Origin: an uncultured Ruficoccus sp.
GTDB taxonomy: Bacteria > Verrucomicrobiota > Verrucomicrobiia > Opitutales > Cerasicoccaceae
Direction: 5' to 3'
NCBI GenBank assembly: GCA_965140785.1
Contig: OZ223484.1
Span: 1 to 64,000, forward strand
Length of the DNA: 64,000 bases
The notes beneath the pieces were generated by a model. The model ran no database searches and was not told where the DNA came from. It saw only the letters and a program-made list of their open reading frames with translations. Position 1 is the first letter of the stretch. Each line of letters starts with the position of its first letter. Shown piece by piece: positions 49,693-60,463 of the stretch. The position numbers and the translations under genes are program-made.

Positions 49693-50529
49693 TTATCGCC
49701 GACGCTTGCGCAGTAGCAGCCAGGCACCGGTGAGAAAAAGAAACGCAACCGTAGCCGGCTCCGGCACTGAGCTTACCGAAACATTGTCGAAGTCGGCGGT
49801 GATGGTGTCGTTGCTGCCGGTGACAAAGCTGAAGTACATGTCGGGGCTGAGGTCATGCAGGTGGGGAAGCGTGCCGTTATTGTAAGCCTGAACCGTGGCT
49901 GTCTTGTCAACCGCTCCGCTCACGGTGCCAGTCAGAACCACACTCGTGTACGTAAACTCCGTCGGGTCGATCGTCACGTCGAAGGTGATGTATTCGCCCA
50001 ACTGTGAAAAATCCGTATACGCGCCGAGATTGACTCCGCTGTTGTAGTCCCCGCTCGGGGTGTTCACACCCAGATAGAGGAAGCCGTCGGTGTAGTAGGT
50101 GGAAAACCAGTAAGAGCTGGTTGTGGTCGCGGCACCGAAATAGACCTGCGCCTGGTTACCGGTTCCCGCGCTGATATTGTCCAGCGCCATGCCGAAGTGG
50201 ATATGCACCGGATTGGTCATGCTCAGGGCGGCACTCAAGTTCACCGAAGCCGACAGAGCAGCCGTTCCATTACCGTCCAAGCGCAAGGCCTGTAGTCCGG
50301 TTTGCGGGTTGGCGGTCGATGAGGTAATCCGGCTGTCAACACTGGAGCTCCCAAAGAGCCGGTTCCAGTTGGCGCCGGCGGGAGCGTCGGTGTCATGGAC
50401 GCCGATTACGGTCGTGTCAGTGCCGTAGCCACTGGAGGTTTCGAAGCCGGTATCGAAGCTGGCCACAGAGGCCGCGGTTCCGCCCAGTAGGGACAGGAGG
50501 GTGGAGATGAGGATATGCTTGGGATTCAT
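49693..50529 (-). CDS. PEP-CTERM surface protein
   Basis: Signal peptide; VPEPATVAFLFLTGAWLLLRKRRR. Confidence 0.9.
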   Translation of the reverse strand: MNPKHILISTLLSLLGGTAASVASFDTGFETSSGYGTDTTVIGVHDTDAPAGANWNRLFGSSSVDSRITSSTANPQTGLQALRLDGNGTAALSASVNLSAALSMTNPVHIHFGMALDNISAGTGNQAQVYFGAATTTSSYWFSTYYTDGFLYLGVNTPSGDYNSGVNLGAYTDFSQLGEYITFDVTIDPTEFTYTSVVLTGTVSGAVDKTATVQAYNNGTLPHLHDLSPDMYFSFVTGSNDTITADFDNVSVSSVPEPATVAFLFLTGAWLLLRKRRR

Positions 50530-50549
50530 GGGTCGTATGGGTTTGAGTT

Positions 50550-51725
50550 TTAGGGTTGGAAATCAAAGCGTCTTTCCGGGCGGCAGAACCAGCGCTGGAG
50601 CATGTTCGCGGCGGGCTTGCCCCAGACGGTGAAGCCCTTGTCACCACGGGGATCGCTCCTCATGCCGGGGCGGTCGTTCTGCTCGTCCCACTTCCAGAGG
50701 TAGAATCCCATCCACCAGGGCTCGTTCCAGAAGGCGGTGAGCACGGCGTCGAAATAGCGGGCCTGCACCTCGCCGTCATAGCCGCCGTCATTGTCCCAAC
50801 GGTACGGCACGGCGGTCGCGCCGGCGGCCGAACAGCAACCGCATTCGGCAAAGTAAAACGGCTTGCCCAGTTGCCGGGAAATCTCGCGGAAATATTTTCT
50901 CGGCCCCTCAAACCAACGCACAATCTCCTCGACGGTGGCGTCCGGGCCGTTGGGCGGGAGGTCTGGCTCCATGTGGTACAGGTCCGGGCCGTGGCCCACG
51001 TTTTCCCAACCCCCGGTGCGCACCGAGCCCGGTGCGTAAAAGCTCGTCCCGAGTGAGTCGAGATCCTTGAACCAGTGATCGGGCCGGTTACTCAACTCCT
51101 GCAGGAAATCCACGTGCGGCGTATGGCCGGTGGTCAGATGGCCGTCGAAAACGCTGCGCGCGGCGGCGACGACCCGCTTCCAGTGAGCGTTCTGCCCCGT
51201 GGTCTGATCTAACTCGCTGTCCAGACCGTAGGCCTCGCACCCGCTACGCTGGGCCAGGGAGGCGTAGTGGAGCGTACGGTCGATCATGCTGTCGAACCAA
51301 CGCGTCCAGTGGTTGACCGGCATCCCGGGGATAACCTCCCCCTCCCAGGGAAAGGTGATGTGGCAGCGCATGCTGCCGTCCCAACACTGCTGCATGGGGC
51401 GCAACTGCACGTGCATGCCGCGTGCGTGGATGTAGTCGATGATGTCCCGCAGTTCGTCATCGGCCGGCGTGATCCGGAAATCCCGGTACTGACGGGTGCT
51501 TGAGAATGTGTCCTGCATCACCGTCACGATCAGGCACACCCAGTCCACGGACAGCTCGGCCATTCGGTCCACCTCGGCACGGGCCTGTGCCGAGCCGAAG
51601 TACCCGTTACGAGCAAAGAAACCGAAATTCACCCCCCGATGGATGGGCACGGCGTCATGGGTTGATGATACGCGCGCTTTCTCATGGGGTAGCTCAAGCG
51701 ACGGGGCATGGGATGTCGTTTTCAT
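50550..51725 (-). CDS. GH113-like glycoside hydrolase, cytoplasmic
   Basis: RGVNFG, QLRPM, LDSEL (acid/base), KPFYFAECG (nucleophile), GFYLWKW, GKPA. Confidence 0.78.
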   Translation of the reverse strand: MKTTSHAPSLELPHEKARVSSTHDAVPIHRGVNFGFFARNGYFGSAQARAEVDRMAELSVDWVCLIVTVMQDTFSSTRQYRDFRITPADDELRDIIDYIHARGMHVQLRPMQQCWDGSMRCHITFPWEGEVIPGMPVNHWTRWFDSMIDRTLHYASLAQRSGCEAYGLDSELDQTTGQNAHWKRVVAAARSVFDGHLTTGHTPHVDFLQELSNRPDHWFKDLDSLGTSFYAPGSVRTGGWENVGHGPDLYHMEPDLPPNGPDATVEEIVRWFEGPRKYFREISRQLGKPFYFAECGCCSAAGATAVPYRWDNDGGYDGEVQARYFDAVLTAFWNEPWWMGFYLWKWDEQNDRPGMRSDPRGDKGFTVWGKPAANMLQRWFCRPERRFDFQP

Positions 51726-53104
51726 ACGTGCTGGTGAGAAAGAGTCAAGCTCTGGCTGGCTGACTGGGGCTCAATGCAGAGGTCAAAGGTGTGAGAGCCG
51801 GCACGGGAGAAATCGATGGTCTGGGTAAAGGCGCGGCCCTTGTGTTCGACCGTCACCTCGTATTGGCCAAAGAAAGCACGGCCACTCCACTGTGTATCGG
51901 TCGCCTCGTCCACGCGCGTGGTCCACTCCTCCCGGATCAGTTGCCGGAGCATGTCATAAGCAGGCTTACGCTGGAGATCCTCGCGCAACAGCCCTCCGTG
52001 CAGCAGGCTTTCTTTACCATGCGAGCCGCCGTCGGCCAGATTCCACCAGTGAATGGCCTCGACCCCCGGATGGCTGAACCAGAGCCGGTAGAGCGCGCGC
52101 AGCAGGCGCGCCTGAAAGTCCTCGCCCACTGCGTTCGCGCCATAAGCCGGGAGCGTGATTTCGGAGATATCAATCGGAAGGCCGAACCCGGAGTAGTGAT
52201 CGAGAATGGAGGTCAGGCGAGCCGGGTTCAGATAAATGTCGCGGGCTTCCCACAACAAAGCCGGATCGGCACTCATCCCGTTCTCGTCATAGAAGAAAAG
52301 GTGGTACTGTAACCCCAATCCGTCCACTCGCAGGCCGCGCAAGCGGAGGTTTTCCAGCAGCAGGGACAGCCCCGTGGTCTGCTGGTGAAATTCGCGCCAG
52401 GAGTAGGCGGTCGCCTCGTTCAGGTAAAGCTTGGCCTCCGGCCCGAAGCACTGTCCGGCCACCCGGAAAGACTGCCTCACATAGTCGGGCGGCAGTTGCT
52501 TGACCTGAGGAAACAGAAAGCGCTCCATCGCCTCGTTGACCACGTCCCAGCGCAGGATGCGATCCCCGTAGCGTTGAGCGATCTCCCGCAGGCGGCGCTC
52601 GATTTTCTTCGCACTTTGCGCCAAGTCTGATGGGAGCCAGTCCGGCACCCATTGATGCCAGACCAGGCAGTGCCCCTTGGTGGACAAGTGGTGTTTGTCA
52701 CAAAATTCCAATACACGATCAGGCGGAGGTCGTCGGGGAATAAACGGACTGTCCGATTCGAAGCGCGGCCTCCCCTCCTCTGGCTCAAGATCGGACCAGT
52801 AGAAAGGCACCACGGCGGAGTTAAACAGCTCCAGAAACGCCTGCTCGTATGCGCGGTTCTGCGCAGCCTCTTCATAACCCTCAAGCATGAAGAGGTTGGC
52901 CCCGAATAAAAACTCGTGCCGGTTCTGACGCAGGCACAGGCGCACGGGCCCCGCTGGCTCGCCATCCTTATCGACCACACGCACAGTCAGGTGACCCTGA
53001 CGATGCGCACGGATTTGCGCGTCAATATGTGCCTCGTGCTCTCGCTCCTCAAATGGCGCGAGGAGAGACTTAAATTGCGAAGGGGATAGGCTGGGAACGG
53101 ACAT
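51722..53104 (-). CDS. GH10 family glycoside hydrolase, cytoplasmic
   Basis: KGHCLVWH, WDVVNEA, DGLGLQYH, ISEIT, WWNL. Confidence 0.87.
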   Translation of the reverse strand: MSVPSLSPSQFKSLLAPFEEREHEAHIDAQIRAHRQGHLTVRVVDKDGEPAGPVRLCLRQNRHEFLFGANLFMLEGYEEAAQNRAYEQAFLELFNSAVVPFYWSDLEPEEGRPRFESDSPFIPRRPPPDRVLEFCDKHHLSTKGHCLVWHQWVPDWLPSDLAQSAKKIERRLREIAQRYGDRILRWDVVNEAMERFLFPQVKQLPPDYVRQSFRVAGQCFGPEAKLYLNEATAYSWREFHQQTTGLSLLLENLRLRGLRVDGLGLQYHLFFYDENGMSADPALLWEARDIYLNPARLTSILDHYSGFGLPIDISEITLPAYGANAVGEDFQARLLRALYRLWFSHPGVEAIHWWNLADGGSHGKESLLHGGLLREDLQRKPAYDMLRQLIREEWTTRVDEATDTQWSGRAFFGQYEVTVEHKGRAFTQTIDFSRAGSHTFDLCIEPQSASQSLTLSHQHV

Positions 53105-53184
53105 GAAAGAAAACGGATTAATTCGATAGCGGGTCTACAATCCAGGTTGACCGGACGCAATGGCCGCCTAGTTTAATCTATTAA

Positions 53185-54231
53185 ATGAGTTTTTCGTCCC
53201 CCTCGCTCAAAGACGTTGGCCAGCGCATCGGAGTCAGCGCAGCCACGGTATCCATGGCCTTGCGGGGCGATTCGCGCATTTCAAAGGCGACCCAGGAACG
53301 CGTGCGCCAAGCGGCTCAGGAAATCGGCTACCAGCCTGATCCCATGCTCTCGGCGCTGGTCGCCCGACGCGACCGAGGCCGCAAGCGCCGGACGATGGCC
53401 AACGTAGCCGCCCTGGTGGACGACCGCTGGAACAACATCCGTGAACCCTGGATAGAGCGCATCCTGGACGGCATGCGTACGGCCTGCCAGGTGTTCGGTT
53501 ACGAGTTGAGTGTGTTTGTGCTCCAGCAGGATCTCGGCCCCGCGCCCGGACGCATCCTCCAGGCCCGGGGAATGCGTGGCATTGTCCTGCTACCGCAGGT
53601 AGATGACAACCTCGATATCCCGCTGGACTGGGAACACTATGTGACGGTGGTGATCGGAAATTCGCCGCTGAGCCGCCGGATGCACCGGGTCGGCAATGAC
53701 GGCTTCGCAGGCATGAACCTTGTCTGTGAAAAATTGTCCGCCCGGGGCTACCGCCGGCTGGGACTGGCCCACCCTTTTGGCGCCGAGCACCGCCTGCGCT
53801 ACGAATGGCTGGGGGCCTTGAGCAAGGAGCACTTCCTGAAAGCCAATCGCCTCAAAGTGGCTCACCCCCACCTCCCCGAGCGCATGCACCCCGAGCGCTT
53901 CCTGGAGTGGGTCCGCAAGGAAAAACCCGACTGCGTGATCACCGACACACCCGATGTACTTCGCTGGCTCAATACCGGCGGGTACCGCGTACCCGAGGAC
54001 ATCGGGCTGGTCTATCTGACGATGAATACCGGTGAGGAGCCGGGGTACTCCGGGGTCGCGCCACGCCTGAACGTCGCTGGTGAAAGCGCGATCGAGCAGT
54101 TGCACGCTTCCTTATTACGCGGCGACAGGGGCTTCCCGGAGAACCCGAAGGAAATTCTCATTCAGCCCCTCTGGGTCGATGGCACCACCATTCGGCATCC
54201 GGTGGAGGACACCCAAGCCCAAAACACGTAG
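53185..54231 (+). CDS. LacI family transcriptional regulator
   Basis: SLKDVGQRIGVSAATVSMAL HTH; RVPEDIG; palindrome TTTAAT-CT-ATTAAA at 53172..53185 abuts the ATG. Confidence 0.92.
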   Translation: MSFSSPSLKDVGQRIGVSAATVSMALRGDSRISKATQERVRQAAQEIGYQPDPMLSALVARRDRGRKRRTMANVAALVDDRWNNIREPWIERILDGMRTACQVFGYELSVFVLQQDLGPAPGRILQARGMRGIVLLPQVDDNLDIPLDWEHYVTVVIGNSPLSRRMHRVGNDGFAGMNLVCEKLSARGYRRLGLAHPFGAEHRLRYEWLGALSKEHFLKANRLKVAHPHLPERMHPERFLEWVRKEKPDCVITDTPDVLRWLNTGGYRVPEDIGLVYLTMNTGEEPGYSGVAPRLNVAGESAIEQLHASLLRGDRGFPENPKEILIQPLWVDGTTIRHPVEDTQAQNT

Positions 54232-54236
54232 CAGAC

Positions 54237-55040
54237 CTACTGTCCGGCTTCGGTCATGACCACATTGACTTCAAAGGCGAGCTTATCCCCGGCACTGTAG
54301 GTGAAGGGCTTTTTCCATTTCTCTCGCTGAGACAAGTTCACCCCGATGTAATCACCGCCCCATGTGCGCGTATCCTGGATGTGCAGGGCCGTGCCCTTGG
54401 CCGGATCAATGCGAATCTGCCGTTGATCGCTGGTGATCGTAGCCGTTTGAAAACCATAGCCCTCATACTTGTCCGGCTCGTTGCTGATGGTGTAGGTGCG
54501 TTCCGTGCCCGAGCTGTCAACGATGGCCAAGGCCGCCCCCGTGAACTTCGACGGGGGAAAATTGAGCGAGAATCGCGGCGAGGCCTGCCATTGGCTGTCC
54601 TTAAGCAGAGTGATTTCCACCTGAATGTTAAGTGTGCCCTCGCCCGCCTTCCGATAGACGATGGTATAATCCGCTACCTTCGAAGTCTTATCCGAGGGCG
54701 TCTCCAAAAGCGTGCCGGAGGCCGTGACCTCCGTATTCGAGCGCTGAATCCGTACCTCATCATCCACCACAAAACCAGGCCCCTGGTAGATGGTCCCGCC
54801 CTTGTTTGCCTTGAGCAAAAATATCTGACCGGAGCCGATCACAATTTGGCCATCGGCGGTGACTCTGGCCAACCGTCCCGAGGGTGCGATCTGTGCCTCT
54901 AGCCCGGTGCCAATAGGCCAGAAAATGTCTCCCTTCGCCATGGCAGCGGTCGACATGGCCACCGCGATCAGCCCAAGAACGAGTCGATAAAAATAAGGTT
55001 TCATCATAGTCATCACAGATTCGTGTGTGTTTGTTTCCAT
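54237..55040 (-). CDS. Secreted hypothetical beta-sandwich protein
   Basis: Signal peptide ending AAMA; directly downstream of the GH39-like gene. Confidence 0.7.
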   Translation of the reverse strand: METNTHESVMTMMKPYFYRLVLGLIAVAMSTAAMAKGDIFWPIGTGLEAQIAPSGRLARVTADGQIVIGSGQIFLLKANKGGTIYQGPGFVVDDEVRIQRSNTEVTASGTLLETPSDKTSKVADYTIVYRKAGEGTLNIQVEITLLKDSQWQASPRFSLNFPPSKFTGAALAIVDSSGTERTYTISNEPDKYEGYGFQTATITSDQRQIRIDPAKGTALHIQDTRTWGGDYIGVNLSQREKWKKPFTYSAGDKLAFEVNVVMTEAGQ

Positions 55041-55063
55041 GCGTGCTCAGGTGATAGCCGGGT

Positions 55064-57772
55064 CTATCGGATGATATCCAATTCGACATCATCGATTTCG
55101 ACCACACCGCCCGGCTCTTCCAGGCCAATCATGGCACGCATCCATCCGTACATTTCCGGTATTTGTTTGGTAACCTCGATCTCTTGCCACTCGCCCGTTC
55201 CCGTCACAGCGAGGGCATCTTCTTTCTTCGGCCAGCGACCGTTTTCGTCTACGATACTGAAGCGCAGCAGCAGTTCCTGGCCTTCTTCAATCCGTACCCA
55301 CGCCCGCAGGCACCACTGTCCGGCGCTGGTCCGCTTGAGCCGTTGCTGAACCCAGGCACCGGTTGAGGCCTGCCGGGTATCCAGGCGTATTGCCTCTTCC
55401 CCGGATCGACCCTCGACAAAAGAGAGCACGGACGGCGAGGCCTGCTGCGGGCTCAGCTTCCAATCCGTCGGCCAGGCCGTAGAAGCATCCATGATCAGGT
55501 CTCCCGTTTTCTCTTCGAAGCTGCCGTTCTTCAGCCAGTTCTCGTCTTGCCGAGAGACGGCTGTGACCGACAGCGGCTTTGGCGAGATCACGTAAGCGTC
55601 GTCAGGAAGGGCCAGCGTCAGTTCCTCCCCGATCGGCCCATCGTGCAGTGTCTCCCCATAGAGATTGGTCACCTGAACCACATCCTCCGGCTCCAGCCCT
55701 TCCACGGTCAGTTCGACACCCGTCGGGCCTGAGGCAAAATACTGGAGATACTTTCCATCGGCCCGCGACAGCTGCCAGGCTTCAAAGCGACCCTCGACAC
55801 CCGGGACCGGCCCCTCCAGGGCCTCGGCGGCAGCCAACTGCCGCGCCAGCTCCGCCGTCACGGCGAAGTAACGGGTGGGTTTCAAGTTCCCATAGTGCTT
55901 ATCGGTGTCCGTCCCCAGCAGGAAGAACTTATCCCAATCCTGAGAGAGGCCCCAAAAGGCCAGGCGAACCGTTTGGTAATCGTCGCGGGGGCTCTCGCCC
56001 ATCATGTATTGCCGTTCCGTCTGCCACAGCGGTACACCCGGCTGATCCTCGCGGGCGGCCCGCGTCGCATCCTCGATCAGCTCCCGGCGTGCGTACCCAT
56101 GAAAGGCAAAGGCATCGAGGTAATCTCCCCCGCCCAACTCTAGCATCTCGCGCGGCATGCCCAGGTCTGTGGCCTTGTCGCTGACCATACTGAACCCGGA
56201 GGACAGCACGACCGCATCCGGGTCGATCGCGTGCACTTCCTCACTGACGATTTCCAACAGGTCGACATAATCCTGCGTGGTGCCGCTGAACGAGGCTAGA
56301 CGGTTCGGCGGATGAAAATCGACCTCATTATAGACTTCCCAGTATTTGACGCGGTCATGATAGCGCTCCACCACGGCTCGCACGTAGTTCCGCCATTCCT
56401 CCAGGCTGCGGGGCTGATAGCGATCCGGGCGACGGCTCCAGTCGGTCCCGCGTCTAAACTTTTCGATGACGGGCAGAAACTTTTGATATTCCGCCGGCGA
56501 ATAGGTGCTGGCCCAGGCGGGCGGACCGGCCAACAGACCCACGGTCTGGATGACCTGTTCGGTGGATCGGTCCATGGCTTCATCGGGCACGTTCCATTCA
56601 AAATTCCCCGGCTCCGGCTCCACATTACACCAGAGGAAAAAGCGGTTGAGCCCGAAGCCCCACGCCCGGTTCCAGTGGATACCGATCTGGGTGAAGAAAT
56701 CGGGTTTAATATCCAATAGCTGATGGTGCCCCAAGTAGTCCGCCAGCGCGCCCTCGGTAGCGTCCTCCGCTGGCCACACGACAAAAGACACCTCGTAGGT
56801 CGCTGTCCGCTCGCCCGGCCCCGTCACCGTGAGCTCGGCGTCAAAGTAACCCGTCTCTTTCAGCGCAGGTAGTTGAATGGACTGCGATTGATAGTCCTCA
56901 CGGGGAACGGCAGTGAGTTGATAGTCCTGGGTGGCCACCTCGTCACCGTCCCGGTTGCGGACCCGGGCATGAATGGCGAAATCAACGTTGTGGTCGGAAT
57001 AGTTCACCACCCGCAGGGGGACTTCTAAGCCGACACCTGCTTTTCCCACCAGTACAGCCGCCCGACGGTCCGGAAAAATCCCCGCGATGTAGTCCTTTAC
57101 CTGCCAATACGTATCTCCGCGCACCAGCCCCTGCTCGGGGTCATAGGCCAGCGTCGTATGGTCATCGGGCTGGAGCGGCTCCTGCACGTTCGAGAGCTGA
57201 GCGTCCGTGCGCACATGATCGGAAATCCGCACGCCATGAATTTCAAACGCTCGCGGGTCCCCCACCGTAAAGAAACCCGGCAGCGTCGACAACTCCCCAA
57301 CAAAGCTTGTTCGGGCGACTTTGCGGCCATCGAACCACAGGCTCGACTCATCGTTGCCCCAACGCAAGGCGATCCGATACGGTCGATCCAGATCGTAATC
57401 AGGCGTAGAAGTCGACAGAGATTTCGGTCGCTGGCTGTCCTGCACGATCCCAGTGAACTCGCGGCTATCATTCGACGGACAGAAGGCAATTCCCAGCATG
57501 CTGTTACCCCCATCGCGAGCATTACCCACCGCACGAAACGGCACATACCAGTCGGTTTTCATGCCCGCCGGGCTTCGGCGCATCGATACGTCCAGTTCGA
57601 TCGTTCCTTCCTCTCGATTGATCACACCAGGGGCCCAGTAGCGCACTTGCTCAATGCTCGCTTCAACCTCTTGGGCTTGCGTGGAAACGATCCCACCAAA
57701 GAGAGCCACAGCGACCATGCCATACAAGTGAATGGCCAAGGCGGACGAAAGTATTATACCATTTTTTATCAT
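55064..57772 (-). CDS. Secreted multidomain clan GH-A (GH39-like) hydrolase, paralog of 45752..48379
   Basis: YWAPGVINREEGTIELDV, VEPEPGNFEW, YWEVYNEVDFHPP, LWQTE, NGSFE. Confidence 0.8.
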   Translation of the reverse strand: MIKNGIILSSALAIHLYGMVAVALFGGIVSTQAQEVEASIEQVRYWAPGVINREEGTIELDVSMRRSPAGMKTDWYVPFRAVGNARDGGNSMLGIAFCPSNDSREFTGIVQDSQRPKSLSTSTPDYDLDRPYRIALRWGNDESSLWFDGRKVARTSFVGELSTLPGFFTVGDPRAFEIHGVRISDHVRTDAQLSNVQEPLQPDDHTTLAYDPEQGLVRGDTYWQVKDYIAGIFPDRRAAVLVGKAGVGLEVPLRVVNYSDHNVDFAIHARVRNRDGDEVATQDYQLTAVPREDYQSQSIQLPALKETGYFDAELTVTGPGERTATYEVSFVVWPAEDATEGALADYLGHHQLLDIKPDFFTQIGIHWNRAWGFGLNRFFLWCNVEPEPGNFEWNVPDEAMDRSTEQVIQTVGLLAGPPAWASTYSPAEYQKFLPVIEKFRRGTDWSRRPDRYQPRSLEEWRNYVRAVVERYHDRVKYWEVYNEVDFHPPNRLASFSGTTQDYVDLLEIVSEEVHAIDPDAVVLSSGFSMVSDKATDLGMPREMLELGGGDYLDAFAFHGYARRELIEDATRAAREDQPGVPLWQTERQYMMGESPRDDYQTVRLAFWGLSQDWDKFFLLGTDTDKHYGNLKPTRYFAVTAELARQLAAAEALEGPVPGVEGRFEAWQLSRADGKYLQYFASGPTGVELTVEGLEPEDVVQVTNLYGETLHDGPIGEELTLALPDDAYVISPKPLSVTAVSRQDENWLKNGSFEEKTGDLIMDASTAWPTDWKLSPQQASPSVLSFVEGRSGEEAIRLDTRQASTGAWVQQRLKRTSAGQWCLRAWVRIEEGQELLLRFSIVDENGRWPKKEDALAVTGTGEWQEIEVTKQIPEMYGWMRAMIGLEEPGGVVEIDDVELDIIR

Positions 57773-57810
57773 AGAAAAATTAACAATTAGGTAAGAGATT
57801 GCAAACGAGG

Positions 57811-58446
57811 CTAAGGCCGATGGTACCAACGCGGATCAGACGCAGACACCGCTTCGCCCGGGATGGATTCGACATGGCCATCAACAAAAAGATAGTTCGC
57901 ACTCGGACCCGGGTGCCTTGCGTCGAAATACTGCGCCCCCGAGTAGGGTGAATAGAGCTGGATGGCAGCATCCACCTCTACCACCAGGAAGGTTGAAGCC
58001 GGGTCGGGCACGTCCGCCCGGTAATTCCAATGCCGAGCATACCGGGGCGATACAAATGCATTATAAGCATAGCAAATTTCATTCTGCCGGGGACTGTTTT
58101 CATACGTATACTCGGGGCAGACGAATATTTCGGAAATTTTGGGCAGTGTTCCAGTCCCCATTGAACCTTCCAGGATTCCCGCATAGGGCTCCAGTTGCCA
58201 ATACCAGGTGGGTGAAGTTTCTCCCGAGGGGAAAACGCCTCCATGCTCCCCGGCGTACAGGTGGAGGGCGACCCCGATCTGGCGCAAGTTCGAAGCACAT
58301 CCCGTCATCCTGGCCCGGCTGCTCAGATGACTCACACCCATCAAAGACAACACGGTCAACACGCCGATAACAGCGATGGCAGCCAGTATCTCGATCAAAG
58401 AAAATCCTCTGTGGGAACTCGGTGAACAATCGGGATGGGGCAGCAT
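57811..58446 (-). CDS. Prepilin-type pseudopilin (DUF1559 / H-X9-DG-like), paralog of 49054..49659
   Basis: HRG|FSLIEIL, CASNLRQIG, RHPGPSANYLFVDGHV, SDPRW. Confidence 0.9.
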   Translation of the reverse strand: MLPHPDCSPSSHRGFSLIEILAAIAVIGVLTVLSLMGVSHLSSRARMTGCASNLRQIGVALHLYAGEHGGVFPSGETSPTWYWQLEPYAGILEGSMGTGTLPKISEIFVCPEYTYENSPRQNEICYAYNAFVSPRYARHWNYRADVPDPASTFLVVEVDAAIQLYSPYSGAQYFDARHPGPSANYLFVDGHVESIPGEAVSASDPRWYHRP

Positions 58447-58514
58447 GGGGAAGGGAAAAATTTGAACGTTTATTATCATCTTTCGACATTAATATAGAGG
58501 CAATAAATGAAGAA

Positions 58515-58527
58515 TGTTACCCGTAAT
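58515..58527. promoter_or_regulatory. Candidate LacI operator TGTTACCCGTAAT upstream of the pseudopilin
   Basis: Exact copy at 61364 and reverse-complement copy at 62503. Confidence 0.75.
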
Positions 58528-58561
58528 TCCATTCCACATTATAAAAGTCAAAATCCCGTTT

Positions 58562-60451
58562 CTATGGCACCTTTTCTCCATTAATACCAAGAGTCAATTC
58601 GACGCTTAGTGTGGCATCTTTTGTCTCCAGTAGTAAAAGCCGATAGATGCCATTACGGTTCGCCAACGATGACTCTTGCCAGTGAACAGTAACGGAGGCG
58701 GGGTCAAAACGGAGGATACATTCTTCGCCATCCCAGCGCCAGCGGACGATTCCGTTCTCGCCCGCGTTCAATATTTGGGTGGAAGCTCCGCCATCGGTGT
58801 GCAGGACAGGAATTTGCACGCCCAAAGTCTCACTGTCACCGATTTCTTCGCAGACTGTAGTCGTGAAACGCACTCCGTTTTCGTGAATGGAATACGCTTC
58901 GGCCAGACGGTGCTCGTTCCAATGATAGTAAATCGTAAAGTCGATGCCCGAGGACGTACACATCTCTACATGCAGTCGGTGATCCAACGATTCACTCAGA
59001 TCGGCCAGACGGTGCAACGTGCCCGCGGTTTTCCAGTACGACGAAAACGAAGCGTTCGCAAGGGGCCTGTGATGCTTGGGCAGGCGATAGCTCGGAGTTG
59101 CGGTAAAGGGTGTGTGCCATCCCAGCAGGTAAGACTGTCCGGTGTGGTGCACCCGCCCTAAGCCGGTAGCGTCATAGTGGAGATCTGCGCGGGTATCTAT
59201 CTCCACGTGATATCCAGCACCCGTTGCAAATACCTTGTGGAAGGCTTCGTCCAGGTGGAGGACAAAACCACCCAACTCCGCCGGACAGGGAGACTCGGCA
59301 ACAGAATCGTCTGCATAGCTGGCCGCCAGCGTCAAAAACGACGCCGCGGTAAGACCATAGCATGAATAGTGCGCGTACTTGTCTCCGCCCCAGTTGTCCT
59401 CAATGGCGAAACGGTTGCGCGCATAGCGGAATGGCTGCATGTCCAGAATCCACGGGCGGATGGCCAGGGCGGACAGATGGGCCTGTCTTTTAAACGCCCC
59501 AGCTAAAGCGGGATCGCGGGTGGCGTAGGATTGTGCTTCGGCCTCGCAGATAGCACAGACGATTGCTTCTTGAAAATGAAACTGGCTGGACCGGCCGCCG
59601 TAGGGCACCAGCCCCAGCGGGGAAAGATAGAAGAGCTGAGTAAGTGCCCCCCGGCGAAGTAATTCCTTAAAAGTGCCCAGCAGTGGCCCACGGTAACCTG
59701 ACCGCAAGGCAGCGGTAATCTGCAAGCGGGTAGTCAGGTCATAGGTAAAGGGATCGTTGGGGTCGCGATACATCCCGTAGTCCGTGAAGTGCGTCAACTG
59801 CGCGGGCATATACTTCTCGAAAAACTCGATCCCGGAAAACGCTGGAGAATCCGCGCCCACCAAGCCGTTCAACTCCCGGATGACTTCCCCTCCTGCCGCG
59901 TAAACCGTCCAGTTATTCAACTCGTGAAGATTGCAGCCGTCCGGACGCACTTGCAGGTAATGGCTTTCCGGGGCCACACGCCGCAGCGCCTCCGCCCATT
60001 GCTCCAGCAATGCCGGCGAGGTATCCGCCTCTCGAAAGGCCCCATAGGCCGTGGCCAGCTCCCGCATCCAGAAGTCGGGCGCATCGGCCTTCCCCGCCGC
60101 TAGACGCTCGCAGGCGGAGGTCATGGCTTTTTCGACCGCCGAGCGCCACTCCGGGATACGCCCCTGCCTGAGCAGGTACGCACCCGGACAGGCAAACCGC
60201 GGGGTGGCCTGTCCCCATTCCTCCCCTGTGACGGGATCGGTGATGCCGCCAGAACTATTTTGGTAGGGCGCGAACGTACGCACGATGGCCTCGGCCATGT
60301 CGAGATAGAGCTCGCGCGTCGTGCCGCTTGGACTCCAGGGAGAAAGAGGCTCCTGAGCCAACACGCGCGTCACCTCCTCCTCCAGAGGAAAGCATCCAAA
60401 CGATGGCGGACAGACTGGAGCGACAGAAGCGGATGTAGAGTCCGGTGCCAT
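58562..60451 (-). CDS. Uncharacterised probable carbohydrate-active protein (alpha/alpha-toroid or heparinase-like)
   Basis: 629 aa, no signal peptide; NNWTVY, YRDPNDPFTYD, GGRSSQF; glycan-locus context; fold is inference. Confidence 0.6.
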   Translation of the reverse strand: MAPDSTSASVAPVCPPSFGCFPLEEEVTRVLAQEPLSPWSPSGTTRELYLDMAEAIVRTFAPYQNSSGGITDPVTGEEWGQATPRFACPGAYLLRQGRIPEWRSAVEKAMTSACERLAAGKADAPDFWMRELATAYGAFREADTSPALLEQWAEALRRVAPESHYLQVRPDGCNLHELNNWTVYAAGGEVIRELNGLVGADSPAFSGIEFFEKYMPAQLTHFTDYGMYRDPNDPFTYDLTTRLQITAALRSGYRGPLLGTFKELLRRGALTQLFYLSPLGLVPYGGRSSQFHFQEAIVCAICEAEAQSYATRDPALAGAFKRQAHLSALAIRPWILDMQPFRYARNRFAIEDNWGGDKYAHYSCYGLTAASFLTLAASYADDSVAESPCPAELGGFVLHLDEAFHKVFATGAGYHVEIDTRADLHYDATGLGRVHHTGQSYLLGWHTPFTATPSYRLPKHHRPLANASFSSYWKTAGTLHRLADLSESLDHRLHVEMCTSSGIDFTIYYHWNEHRLAEAYSIHENGVRFTTTVCEEIGDSETLGVQIPVLHTDGGASTQILNAGENGIVRWRWDGEECILRFDPASVTVHWQESSLANRNGIYRLLLLETKDATLSVELTLGINGEKVP

Positions 60452-60463
60452 AAAAGCCTGCCT

